A DNA stretch of 64,000 bases, taken from positions 128,001 through 192,000 of the forward strand of contig CAVWFS010000001.1 of assembly GCA_963754315.1 (NCBI GenBank), written 5' to 3'. Of the stretch, positions 41,588 to 51,049 are shown piece after piece; position 1 is the stretch's first letter; each line of letters starts with the position of its first letter. The notes beneath the pieces are model-generated. The model saw only the letters and a program-made list of their open reading frames with translations. It searched no databases and had not been told where the DNA came from. Source of the DNA: an uncultured Candidatus Rokubacteria bacterium. Its GTDB lineage: Bacteria; Methylomirabilota; Methylomirabilia; Rokubacteriales; CSP1-6. Made by a program: the position numbers and the translations under genes.

Positions 41588-42655
41588 ATGGATTTCGGAA
41601 TCGTGACCGCCAAGGTAGACGAGATCGGGTTCATCACGCACGCGGAGAACCTGGGCTACAGCCACGCCTGGGTCACCGACAGTCCCATGATTCGCTCCAA
41701 CTGCTGGGCGGTGCTGGCGCTGGCCGCTCAGCACACGCGGACCATCCGGCTCGGGACGGGCGTGAACGTTCCGGGTCTACGTCTGGCACCGGTCGCCGCC
41801 AATGGCATCGCCACCATCAACCGGCTCGCCCCTGGCCGATGTGTCATGGGACTCGGGACGGGCCATACCGGCGTTCGCTTACTCGGCCAGAAACCGATGC
41901 GGCTCGCGATGTTCCGGGAGTACGTGCAACAGATTAGAGGCCTGCTCCGCGGCGATGAGGTCGAGCATGAGAATCATCGAATCCGCTTCCAGATGCGCGA
42001 GCATCGCTTCATCGATCTCAAGCACCCCATCCCTATTTACCTGGCCGGGTTCGGCCCGAAAGCCCAGGCGCTGGCGGGTGAGATCGGCGATGGGCTCATC
42101 TCAGGCCTCCCGCGCGGAGGGTCGGTCCCTGCGATGCTTTCCAATGCCCGCCGGGGGGCGGCCCGGGTCGGCCGAACCTTGCCGGACGATTTCTACGTGG
42201 CGGCCATGATGACCCTCGCCATGCGGCGGCCCGGTGAGGCGGCCGACTCGGAGCGCATCGTCGCCGAATGCGGGGCGGCCGTCATCACGGGCCTCCACTA
42301 TCTGGTGGCGCGACACCTGGAGACGGGAGAAGACCCGCCCGAATACGCGCGAGGCGTCTGGAAGGCCTACATGGACTGGTTAGCGGACACACCCGCGGCG
42401 ACCCGCCATCAGCGTCTGCACGCGAGCCATTACAGTTTCATCGATCCCGAGGAGGCGCGCTTCATCACAAGCGATCTCATCAGGGCCACCTGCCTGACCG
42501 GAACGCCGGAGGAGATCGTCGACCAGGTCAGGACCCTCGAGCAACAGGGCCTGCGGCAGATCATGCTCTACCCTCCGCTGAATCGGCAGTACCGCGTCAT
42601 CGAGGACTTCGCCGATACGGTCATGGCCGCCACCGCAACGTCGCCCCGCGAATGA
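41588..42655 (+). CDS. LLM class flavin-dependent oxidoreductase
   Basis: AENLGYSHAWVTD, IRLGTGV, GLGTG and PIYLAGFGPKAQALAGEIGDG. Confidence 0.88.
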   Translation: MDFGIVTAKVDEIGFITHAENLGYSHAWVTDSPMIRSNCWAVLALAAQHTRTIRLGTGVNVPGLRLAPVAANGIATINRLAPGRCVMGLGTGHTGVRLLGQKPMRLAMFREYVQQIRGLLRGDEVEHENHRIRFQMREHRFIDLKHPIPIYLAGFGPKAQALAGEIGDGLISGLPRGGSVPAMLSNARRGAARVGRTLPDDFYVAAMMTLAMRRPGEAADSERIVAECGAAVITGLHYLVARHLETGEDPPEYARGVWKAYMDWLADTPAATRHQRLHASHYSFIDPEEARFITSDLIRATCLTGTPEEIVDQVRTLEQQGLRQIMLYPPLNRQYRVIEDFADTVMAATATSPRE

Positions 42656-42689
42656 GTCCTCAGGAGGCACGTGTGATGGGAGTGAGGTC

Positions 42690-43550
42690 ATGATTCCAGG
42701 TCGGCGGCTCGAGGGTCGGGTCGTCGTGGTGACTGGCGCGAGTCGTGGTATTGGTGCCGCCATTGCGCAACTCTTCGCAGCCGAAGGGGGGCGGATCATT
42801 TGCGCGGCGCGGACGTTGCGTGAGGGCGAGCATCCTCTGGCCGGGTCTCTGGAGACGACGGTGGCGGCCATCCGGGCTGCCGGGGGGGAGGCGCAGGCGG
42901 TCACCGCAAATATCGCGGAGCCCACCGAATGCGAGACGCTGATCCACAGGGCGCGCGATCTCTATGGTCCCGTCGACGTGCTGGTGAACAACGCGGCCCT
43001 GACCTATTACGTACCCGTCAAGGACTTTCCCCTGAACAAGTGGTTGCGCTCGTGGGCTGTGAACTTCCATGCGCCGTTCGTTCTGAGCCAGCTCGTGCTT
43101 GCCGAGATGATTCCCCGCCAGCGCGGGGCGATCGTCAACATCTCGTCGGGCGCAGCGATCGGGCCCGGCCGCGGTCCCTATCCGGATCCCACTGTCGCCA
43201 GTCGCGGCGGGACATGCTACGGCGCCGAGAAGGCAGCGCTAGAACGATTCACGCAAGGAGTGGCCGCCGAGGTCTACCAGTACGGCATTTCGGTGACGTG
43301 CGTATCACCATCGCAGGTCGTGCCGACGCCGGGAACGGTCTACCACCGATTGGTGGGGAGCATGGACGACCCGCGGGGCGAGCCAGCGACACTCATGGCG
43401 CAAGCGGCGCTCCTCCTCGCGACCGAGCCCCTGAATCGTGTCACCGGCCGCGTGACCTACAGCCAGCAGATTCTCAAGGAATTCGGTTGGATCAAGCAGG
43501 CGCGTGGGCGAGGGGTCGAGACTCCTGGCAGTGGCTACTCGCAGGTGTGA
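42690..43550 (+). CDS. SDR family oxidoreductase
   Basis: TGASRGIG, LVNNA, NISS and YGAEK (YxxxK). Confidence 0.9.
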   Translation: MIPGRRLEGRVVVVTGASRGIGAAIAQLFAAEGGRIICAARTLREGEHPLAGSLETTVAAIRAAGGEAQAVTANIAEPTECETLIHRARDLYGPVDVLVNNAALTYYVPVKDFPLNKWLRSWAVNFHAPFVLSQLVLAEMIPRQRGAIVNISSGAAIGPGRGPYPDPTVASRGGTCYGAEKAALERFTQGVAAEVYQYGISVTCVSPSQVVPTPGTVYHRLVGSMDDPRGEPATLMAQAALLLATEPLNRVTGRVTYSQQILKEFGWIKQARGRGVETPGSGYSQV

Positions 43551-43569
43551 GAGCGGACCAGAGGCGCTC

Positions 43570-45981
43570 TCAAGCGGAAACCTCGGCCGCGGGCTCGATC
43601 ACGGCCACGGGAAACTCGACCGTGAAGACGGCGCCGTGCCCGGGATGGTTGGCCACGCGGATCCGGGCGCGGTGGGCGGCGGCGATGCCCATGCAGATTG
43701 CCAGACCAAGGCCAGTTCCGTCCCGGCGAGTCGTGAAGAAGGGGTCGAAGACACGTTCGAGGTGTTCGGAACGGATGCCGGGTCCGTTGTCCGCCACGGT
43801 CAAGGTCACCAGGTGGTCGGTGGCGCTGAGCTCCACCGCCACCGTCCCGCCAATCGGCGTGTGCTCGAGCGCGTTGATCAGGAGGTTGTGCACGAGCTGA
43901 GTGAGCTCGTCCTGATCGCCGAGCACAGGCTCCTCCCGCTCGCCGAGGCGAACGGTGACCGTCAAGCGCTTGGTGGCGAGGGCGGGTTGCACCAGCTCGA
44001 GGGCGTCACGGATCGGGGCCCGCAGATCGAAGCGGCGATGCGGCCTCATGCCCGCGTGTCCCAGGGTGGCCAGGCGGTTGAGGAGGCGCTCGATGCGGTC
44101 GATCTCCCGTTCGACGAGCCGGCTGAAGTCCCCAAGCCACCTGGTATCGCTGAGACGTAGCGGAATGAGCTGCACGAACGTCTTGATGGCCACCAACGGG
44201 TTCTTGATCTCGTGCGCCAGTCCGGAGGCCACGGATTCGAAATAGGTCAGCTTCTCCGCCCGACGGCGCTCGTGCTCCAGTTCCTGGAGCGGTGTGAGGT
44301 CGCTGAAGACCGTGACACCTCCGAGCACAGCACCCGTCGTGCCACGCAGGGGTGACACGGTCGAGATGATCGAGCGCGTGGCAACGCCGTCAGTCAATGT
44401 GAGCTCCGGACAGGTGATGCCGCGGCCGTCGGCCACCGCGCGAGTCAATGGCTCTGCCAGGCACGCTGGCAGCACATTCACCGACTGCAGACGAACCCGG
44501 TCGGCACTGAGACCCGTGAGAAGCTCGGCGGCTCGGTTGAAGAGGGTGATGCGACCGTCGGCGCTGATGGCGATGACGCCGCTGTTCATGGTTGCCACGA
44601 TGTTCTCGATGGCTTCGTTGGCGAGGACGACCTCTGCGTAGAGCTGGGCGTTCTTCACTGCGACCGCCGCCTGGTTGGCCAGGGTACGCAGGAGGGCGAG
44701 GTCTTGAGGGTAGTACCGATCGCCGGAGCGCTTGGGCCCGATCACGATGGCGCCGATGACGACATCGTCGGCAATCAAGGGAAGGACGAGTGCCCACCCG
44801 AGGTCACCGAGGAGACGGTGGCGCTCTCCACCCTCGATCACGTCCCGGGTTGCCCTGAGCGCCTGAAGGATGGACCGAGGCATCGGGTCGGGCACCGGGA
44901 AGGTCTCGCCGGCGGCGACGTGTCGGCTGGTCAGGGTCCCTGTGGTGTTCTCGCCCAAATAAATAGCCAGGCCCTCTGGCTGGACGATCCTGGTGAGCCG
45001 TGTCACCAGGAGGTCCAGGAGCGCTCCCCGGTCGAGAACTTGCGTGAGCGCCTTGCTGATCTCCTGGACCGTTGGCTCATAGTCGGGTTTGGCGCGATAG
45101 AGGTAGCGATCCAGGAGCTTGAGCGCCCCCCCGCGAGCCAGGGGCACGAGAAGACCGCTGCCGAGGAACGCGACCACGAGCAGCGGCCACTCGGTCGGGG
45201 GAAGGTTCGATGACAGTTGGGGCCAGAACCAGACAAGAGGCAGGGCGAGAGGGAGAAGCGACGCGGCGGCCGCAAGGACGAGCATGAGTCCTCGATGGAC
45301 GAAGAACTTCACGTCGAGCAGCCTGTGGCGCACGATGGCGTGGCCGATCAGCAGGAGGAAGACCACGCCGAAACAGGGCCCGAGCCACGTATAGGACGAA
45401 CGGCCGGTCAGCAAGGGCAGGAGCAGATTCGTGGAAATCCCTCCCGCGCTGGTGATGAGGGCGGCCGCACTGACGTACTGCAACCGAGCCCGCGCTCGCC
45501 CCCGCGCGCTCACGGTGTTGCCGAGCAGCACGCCCAGGAAATGAGCCCAGGTGACGAGAAAATACGCGGCGAAGACGGGGTAGAGCGGACCCGCCCTTCG
45601 CGAGAGTCCAGTGGGTGTCATCACCGGATCGAAGAAAATCAGGTGCGTGGTGAGAGAAAGGATGGCGAACAGGCAGCCCAGCAAGATAGACAGGCGCAGA
45701 ACGAGCCGGGAAGGTCGCCGACCGTCGAGCGGGTACACGCTGACGAAGGCGAGCACAGCCGGAGGGATGAGGCTGGCACAGGCGAAGGAAAGACGGAGCC
45801 AGGCCTCGATACCGGTGCCGCCCAGTCGACCGCCCACACCCAGGGTCCAGCCCGCGATGATCAGGGCGGTCAGCGCGAAATAGCGATGGGCCGCGCTCCG
45901 AGCATTGGTGGCCAGGACCGATAGCCCCAGCCCACCCACGGCGATGGCTAACCCGTATAGGAAGAGCTGGAGCGGCGTCAT
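43570..45981 (-). CDS. Membrane sensor histidine kinase (multi-TM N-terminus, GAF, PAS, HisKA, HATPase)
   Basis: RBS GGAGG and a hydrophobic N-terminal third. GPKRSGDRY..D..LL.TLANQAAVA (GAF), FNRAAE (PAS), LAHEIKNPL, DNGPGI, DPFFTT and GTGLGL. Confidence 0.92.
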   Translation of the reverse strand: MTPLQLFLYGLAIAVGGLGLSVLATNARSAAHRYFALTALIIAGWTLGVGGRLGGTGIEAWLRLSFACASLIPPAVLAFVSVYPLDGRRPSRLVLRLSILLGCLFAILSLTTHLIFFDPVMTPTGLSRRAGPLYPVFAAYFLVTWAHFLGVLLGNTVSARGRARARLQYVSAAALITSAGGISTNLLLPLLTGRSSYTWLGPCFGVVFLLLIGHAIVRHRLLDVKFFVHRGLMLVLAAAASLLPLALPLVWFWPQLSSNLPPTEWPLLVVAFLGSGLLVPLARGGALKLLDRYLYRAKPDYEPTVQEISKALTQVLDRGALLDLLVTRLTRIVQPEGLAIYLGENTTGTLTSRHVAAGETFPVPDPMPRSILQALRATRDVIEGGERHRLLGDLGWALVLPLIADDVVIGAIVIGPKRSGDRYYPQDLALLRTLANQAAVAVKNAQLYAEVVLANEAIENIVATMNSGVIAISADGRITLFNRAAELLTGLSADRVRLQSVNVLPACLAEPLTRAVADGRGITCPELTLTDGVATRSIISTVSPLRGTTGAVLGGVTVFSDLTPLQELEHERRRAEKLTYFESVASGLAHEIKNPLVAIKTFVQLIPLRLSDTRWLGDFSRLVEREIDRIERLLNRLATLGHAGMRPHRRFDLRAPIRDALELVQPALATKRLTVTVRLGEREEPVLGDQDELTQLVHNLLINALEHTPIGGTVAVELSATDHLVTLTVADNGPGIRSEHLERVFDPFFTTRRDGTGLGLAICMGIAAAHRARIRVANHPGHGAVFTVEFPVAVIEPAAEVSA

Positions 45982-46029
45982 CGGACCTCCCTGCGAATCG
46001 GGCTGGTAGGATAGGTGACATGGAAAGCG

Positions 46030-46827
46030 ATGTCTAGCCAGGAGGTCAGCCGTCGACGATTCCTGACACTGCCGCTGATCATGGCCCTGCAGCCGGTGGC
46101 GGTCGCCCTGGCCGGGATCCAGTCTGGGCGGCTCCGGTACGAGTGCGACGTCGGTGTCCTCTACAACGCCCTGCGCTACCGGATGACCGGGTCCGTCGAC
46201 GAGCAGGTGGACCAGGTGGCAGGGCGGTACGAGGTAAAAGTCGAGGGGCAGGGCTCGAGCGTCGCGAACCGCGCCGAGGCCAACGGTATGCTCCAGGACG
46301 GCCGCTGGGTACCCCTCCTCGGCACGTCGTGGGTGAAGATCGCCGGGCGGGAGGGTCGGGCAGAAATCACCTACGACCACCAGCGCCGGGTCGCCCACTA
46401 CCGCTCACGAAGCGAGACGTTCTTCCTGGGACGGCTGCGCGTGGTGGACGACGTGGTGGCGTTCCCTCCCGGCGTACACGTCGACGATATGGTGAGCGCG
46501 ATCCTCAACCACGCCGACGGTCACTGGCTTCCCCAGCCTGGCGGCGTCCTCGAGACACACATGATCCGCCGTCGGCGCACGCCACGGGACGCGACGGAGG
46601 AGACCGGTGGCGAGTATCGGGCGGAGATCGTCCCTCTGGTCCTGAAGCTGGTTCCGGATCCGGTGGATGGCAAGCGCACCGCCCTGCTCGACCTGTCCTC
46701 GCTTTCCAACTGGGCCCTCCCGGATCGGCCAGCTCGGGTCGTATTCGAGGCCGACGGTCGCCCCGAAGTCGTGACGGGCCGTCTGATGTACGGAACCACC
46801 TTCACCCTCCGTTTCGGCGCCGGCTAG
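46030..46827 (+). CDS. Hypothetical exported protein with Tat-like signal
   Basis: SRRRFLTL followed by a hydrophobic stretch, beta-rich-looking body and coding-like codon usage. Confidence 0.65.
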   Translation: MSSQEVSRRRFLTLPLIMALQPVAVALAGIQSGRLRYECDVGVLYNALRYRMTGSVDEQVDQVAGRYEVKVEGQGSSVANRAEANGMLQDGRWVPLLGTSWVKIAGREGRAEITYDHQRRVAHYRSRSETFFLGRLRVVDDVVAFPPGVHVDDMVSAILNHADGHWLPQPGGVLETHMIRRRRTPRDATEETGGEYRAEIVPLVLKLVPDPVDGKRTALLDLSSLSNWALPDRPARVVFEADGRPEVVTGRLMYGTTFTLRFGAG

Positions 46828-46835
46828 CCAGCCGG

Positions 46836-47780
46836 ATGCACGATCTCGTCGGCGTCGGAGAAGTGTTGATGCGGCTGGCCATTCCGTCGCCGGCCCGCTT
46901 CGAAACCGTTCACGAGCTCGACGTCCAGTTCGGGGGGGCGGAGGCCAACGTGGCGGCGGCGGCGGCCCGGCTGGGGCTCTCGACAGCGTGGGTCTCGGCG
47001 CTCCCTGACAACCCGTGGGGCATGCGGGTGCGGCGCGAGCTCGGCGGGCACGGCGTCGACTGTCGCTACGTGGTAACCAAGGCGAACACGCGCATGGGTC
47101 TCTACTTCGTCGAGTATGGTGCCGCGCCGCGCCCCGTCCGCGTTCTGTACGACCGCCGTGATTCCGCCTTCGCGCGCCTGGAGCCTGGTGAAGTCGACTG
47201 GGGACCGGTCCGGGAAGCGCGATTGGTCCACCTGACCGGGATCACGCCGGCGCTCGGTCCATCGGCTCGTGGCCTCTTCGAGCGGGCCCTGCGGGAGGCG
47301 CGCGCGGTGTCGTTCGATGTGAACTATCGGGCTACCCTGTGGTCACCGCCCGAAGCCCGAGCCTGCATCGTGGGCGTGCTCCCAGCCGTACGGTATCTCT
47401 TCCTCGGCCAGACCGAGGCACGGACGATCTTCGATTTGACGGGCCCCGCGGCGCGCACCGTCGAAGCGCTGGCCCACCTGGCGCCGGGCGCGATCATCAC
47501 TCTCCTCAGGGGGGAAGAGGGTTCGCTCACGCTCGCCGAGGGCCGGTTCTACGAGCCGAGCGCGCACCGGGCCGTCACCATGGTGGATCCCATCGGAGCC
47601 GGCGATGCCTATGTGGCGGGGTTTCTGTGGGCGACCATCAAGGGCGGCTCAGTCCAGACCGCCGTCGATGCCGGCACTGCGGTGGCGGCCCTCAAGTGCT
47701 CGATGTGGGGCGACATTGCGCGCATAGTGGCGGCCGACGTGGAGGAGCTCCTCGGCGGGGGGCCCGACGTCCGCCGCTAG
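46836..47780 (+). CDS. PfkB family sugar kinase (KdgK-like)
   Basis: GGAEANVA, YDRRDSAF, HLTGITPAL, FDVNYR..LW and DPIGAGDAY. Confidence 0.9.
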   Translation: MHDLVGVGEVLMRLAIPSPARFETVHELDVQFGGAEANVAAAAARLGLSTAWVSALPDNPWGMRVRRELGGHGVDCRYVVTKANTRMGLYFVEYGAAPRPVRVLYDRRDSAFARLEPGEVDWGPVREARLVHLTGITPALGPSARGLFERALREARAVSFDVNYRATLWSPPEARACIVGVLPAVRYLFLGQTEARTIFDLTGPAARTVEALAHLAPGAIITLLRGEEGSLTLAEGRFYEPSAHRAVTMVDPIGAGDAYVAGFLWATIKGGSVQTAVDAGTAVAALKCSMWGDIARIVAADVEELLGGGPDVRR

Positions 47781-47828
47781 TCACGCAATGTGAGCCTCTG
47801 GGAGGGGCTTTCGGTATAGTCGAAAGCG

Positions 47829-50750
47829 ATGGCAGGTGAGCGGATCCTCGAGGGCCTGAACGACGATCAGCTTGCCGCCGTCACCCACGACGGCGGTCCA
47901 CTACTCATCGTGGCCGGTGCCGGTACGGGCAAGACCACCGTCATCACCCGCCGCATCGCGCACCTCATTGCTCACGGCAAGGCCCGCCCGGAGGAGATCC
48001 TGGCCCTCACCTTCACGGAGAAAGCCGCTGCCGAGATGGAAGAGCGCGTCGACACCCTGGTACCGTACGGGTACGCCGACGTCGAGATCTCCACCTTTCA
48101 CGCTTTTGGCGATCGCCTGGTGCGGGAGCACGCGCTGGAGCTGGGACTGCCACCGGATTTCAGGGTGCTCAGTCGGGCCGAGCAGGTCATCTTCTTCCGT
48201 GACCGGCTCTTTCAGTTCGCCCTCGAGCGATACCGCCCCCTCGGCGACCCCACCCGCCACCTGCAGGCGATGATCTCCCTCTTCAGTCGCTGTAAGGACG
48301 AGGACGTCTCACCGGCGGAATACACGGCGCACGTGGCCAGAATGGCCGCCGCCAGTCCGCAATCCCTGGACGACGAGCGCCGGGAGCGCCTCGCCCAGCA
48401 GCAGGAACTGGGGAACGCCTACACACGCTATCAGGAGCTGATGGCCACGCAGGGTGTGGTCGACTTCGGCGATCAGATTGCCTATGCGCTCCAGCTTCTC
48501 CGCACCCGGCCGTACGTGCGGGCGGCCTGCCAGCGGCGCTTCAAGTACATCCTGGTCGACGAGTTCCAGGACACAAATCACGCCCAGTTCGAGCTGGTGA
48601 AACTCCTGGCCGCGCGCCACCGCAACATCGCGGTGGTCGCCGACGACGACCAGGCCATCTATCGCTGGCGAGGAGCGGCGATCTCGAACGTCCGCGGATT
48701 CCTGGAGTGCTATCCGGAGGCCCGGCGGATCGTGCTCATCGCCAACTACCGGTCGCACCAGAGCATCCTCGACGGGGCCTATCGTCTCATCGTCCATAAC
48801 AATCCTGACCGCCTGGAGGTTGAATACGGAATCGAGAAGCACCTCACCGCGGTCAGGCAGACGTCCGGGCCTGCCCCTCAGCATCGGCACTACGAGACGG
48901 CGACTCAGGAGGCCGACCAGGTGGCCGGTCTGATCCGCGAACGGGTCGAGGAGGGCCGCTGGCGCTTTGACGAGGTCGCTATTCTTGTTCGCTCCAATGG
49001 GGACGCCGATCAGTTTCTGCGCTCCCTCAACCTGCACGGCATTCCGTGGACGTTCTCGGGCAACCAGGGACTCTACGGACGCCCGGAGATCCGGCTCCTC
49101 ATCGCCTTTCTGCGAGCGGTGGCGCATCCGGACGACTCGGTGAGCGTGCACTACGTGGCGTCGTCGGACCTTTATCAGGTGCCGATCGTCGACCTCACGC
49201 GGGCGGCGACCTATGCGGATCGGCGCCACCGCTGGCTGTTCGACGTGCTGCGTCGGGTGGGCGAGATCCCGGACTTATGCGACGAGATCAGCGGGGAGGG
49301 GCTGCTCGCCATCCGCCGTCTGGTGGCGGACCTCGAGCGCTACATGGAACTTGCGCGAGAGCTGCCCACCGGGGAGTTGCTGTACCAGTTTCTCGTCGAT
49401 TCCGGCTGGCTGGCTCGCATGTCCAAGGCGGCCACCGCCCGCGACGAGGCCGAGGTGCAGAATGTCTCGCGCTTCTTCCGCCGCATCCAGGACGCCGCCA
49501 AGGCGCTGCGCTACGACAATGTCCGCGAGTTCGTCAACCACCTGGACGCCCTCATCGAGGCCGGTGAGGACCCGGCCGTGGTGGAGGCTGACACGGAGAC
49601 GCCGGCTGTGCGCGTTCTTACCGTGCACAAGGCCAAGGGCCTGGAGTTCCCCGTGGTGTTCTTGGTCAACCTCGTCCAGGGCAAGTTCCCGGTGCAGCGC
49701 CGGGGCGAGGCGCTGGAGCCGCCTACCGAGCTGATCAAGTATCCGCTCCCGGTCGGTGATGTCCATCTACGCGAGGAGCGCCGTCTCTTCTACGTAGGCC
49801 TCACCCGGGCCCGAACCGAGTTGTTCCTTACCAGTGCTCGGGATTACGGAGGGGCGCGCGATCGCAAGGTCAGCCAGTTCGTCCTGGAGGCGCTCGATCT
49901 GCCGAGGGGAGCGACCCGTCCGTTCGCGGCCAAGGCCCTCGAGGAGATCCAGTGCTACGCGCCACCCGCGGAGAGCGAGCGGGGTGGCGGGCCGCCCCTC
50001 GCCCCGGACCAGGAGCTTCTTCTGAGCCACCGACAAGTTGACGATTACGAGACCTGCCCGTTGAAGTACCGCTACGTCCACGTGCTGCGGGTGCCTATCC
50101 TGCGCCACCATACGGTGGTATACGGCAACACCATCCACAAGGTGGTCGAGTACTACCTGCTGCGGCGCGCCGCCGGCAACTTCACGCCGCTCGACGACTT
50201 GCTCGCCGTCTACGAGCGCGAGTGGGAAAACCAGGGCTTTCTCACCTGGGAGCACGAGGAGGCGCGCAAGGGGGCGGGACGCGCGGCGCTCACGCGTTTC
50301 TGGCACGACGAGGAGACGGAGGGGACCCCTCCCACTCATGTCGAGAAGGACTTCGGCTTCTCGCTCGGGGTCAACCGCGTTCGCGGCCGCTTCGACCGCG
50401 TGGACGAGGATCTGCTGGGCGCGACCATCATCGACTACAAGACGAGCGAGGTCACCCAGCAGAAGGATGCCGACCGCCGCGTCGCGCAGAGCGTTCAGCT
50501 CAAGATGTACGCCCTCGCCTGGCGGGAGATGACGGGCATGCTTCCCCGGCGCGTGGAGCTCCGCTTCATCGAGTCGCGGGTGGTGGGCCGGCACGTGCCG
50601 ACGGCAGCCGACGTCGCGGAAGCGATCGACACGGTGGAGCGGGTGGCACAAGGCATCCGCGGGCGGCGGTTCGAGGCCACGCCTTCCACCCGGGCCTGCC
50701 AGTACTGCGCGTATGCCCAGATCTGCCCGTTCACGGCGACCAGGGAGTGA
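47829..50750 (+). CDS. UvrD/PcrA-type SF1 helicase fused to a C-terminal PD-(D/E)XK nuclease (AdnA/B, AddA-like)
   Basis: AGAGTGKT, DEFQD, TVHKAKGLEF and EERRLFYVGLTRA; nuclease GRFDRVD..IIDYKT..QL.MY; Cys set TCP..CQYC.....C. Confidence 0.9.
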   Translation: MAGERILEGLNDDQLAAVTHDGGPLLIVAGAGTGKTTVITRRIAHLIAHGKARPEEILALTFTEKAAAEMEERVDTLVPYGYADVEISTFHAFGDRLVREHALELGLPPDFRVLSRAEQVIFFRDRLFQFALERYRPLGDPTRHLQAMISLFSRCKDEDVSPAEYTAHVARMAAASPQSLDDERRERLAQQQELGNAYTRYQELMATQGVVDFGDQIAYALQLLRTRPYVRAACQRRFKYILVDEFQDTNHAQFELVKLLAARHRNIAVVADDDQAIYRWRGAAISNVRGFLECYPEARRIVLIANYRSHQSILDGAYRLIVHNNPDRLEVEYGIEKHLTAVRQTSGPAPQHRHYETATQEADQVAGLIRERVEEGRWRFDEVAILVRSNGDADQFLRSLNLHGIPWTFSGNQGLYGRPEIRLLIAFLRAVAHPDDSVSVHYVASSDLYQVPIVDLTRAATYADRRHRWLFDVLRRVGEIPDLCDEISGEGLLAIRRLVADLERYMELARELPTGELLYQFLVDSGWLARMSKAATARDEAEVQNVSRFFRRIQDAAKALRYDNVREFVNHLDALIEAGEDPAVVEADTETPAVRVLTVHKAKGLEFPVVFLVNLVQGKFPVQRRGEALEPPTELIKYPLPVGDVHLREERRLFYVGLTRARTELFLTSARDYGGARDRKVSQFVLEALDLPRGATRPFAAKALEEIQCYAPPAESERGGGPPLAPDQELLLSHRQVDDYETCPLKYRYVHVLRVPILRHHTVVYGNTIHKVVEYYLLRRAAGNFTPLDDLLAVYEREWENQGFLTWEHEEARKGAGRAALTRFWHDEETEGTPPTHVEKDFGFSLGVNRVRGRFDRVDEDLLGATIIDYKTSEVTQQKDADRRVAQSVQLKMYALAWREMTGMLPRRVELRFIESRVVGRHVPTAADVAEAIDTVERVAQGIRGRRFEATPSTRACQYCAYAQICPFTATRE

Positions 50751-50792
50751 GACCGATTCGCGACCACACGATCTGCTACCATAACTGACGTC

Positions 50793-51047
50793 GTGAGCTG
50801 GTCCGCAACCCTCCGTCTGCGCCTCCATGCCCTGTGGGAACGCTGGAAAGTCATCGCCCATGTCATCGGCAATTTCCAGGCCCGGGTCCTGCTGACCATT
50901 TTCTACTTCGTCATCGCGCCCCCCTTCGCGCTCATCGTGAAGCTGGTACGGGATCCCCTGAGCCTGCGGTTGCCCGCCGGGCCGAGCTACTGGGTGATGC
51001 GCCCGCGCTCGGAAAGCGCCCCCGGCGCCGGGACGAGGCAGTTCTAG
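50793..51047 (+). CDS. Small membrane protein, SxtJ-like
   Basis: W......IGNFQARVLLTIFYF....PFAL......DPL......SYW..R......QF. Confidence 0.7.
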   Translation: MSWSATLRLRLHALWERWKVIAHVIGNFQARVLLTIFYFVIAPPFALIVKLVRDPLSLRLPAGPSYWVMRPRSESAPGAGTRQF

Positions 51048-51049
51048 CC

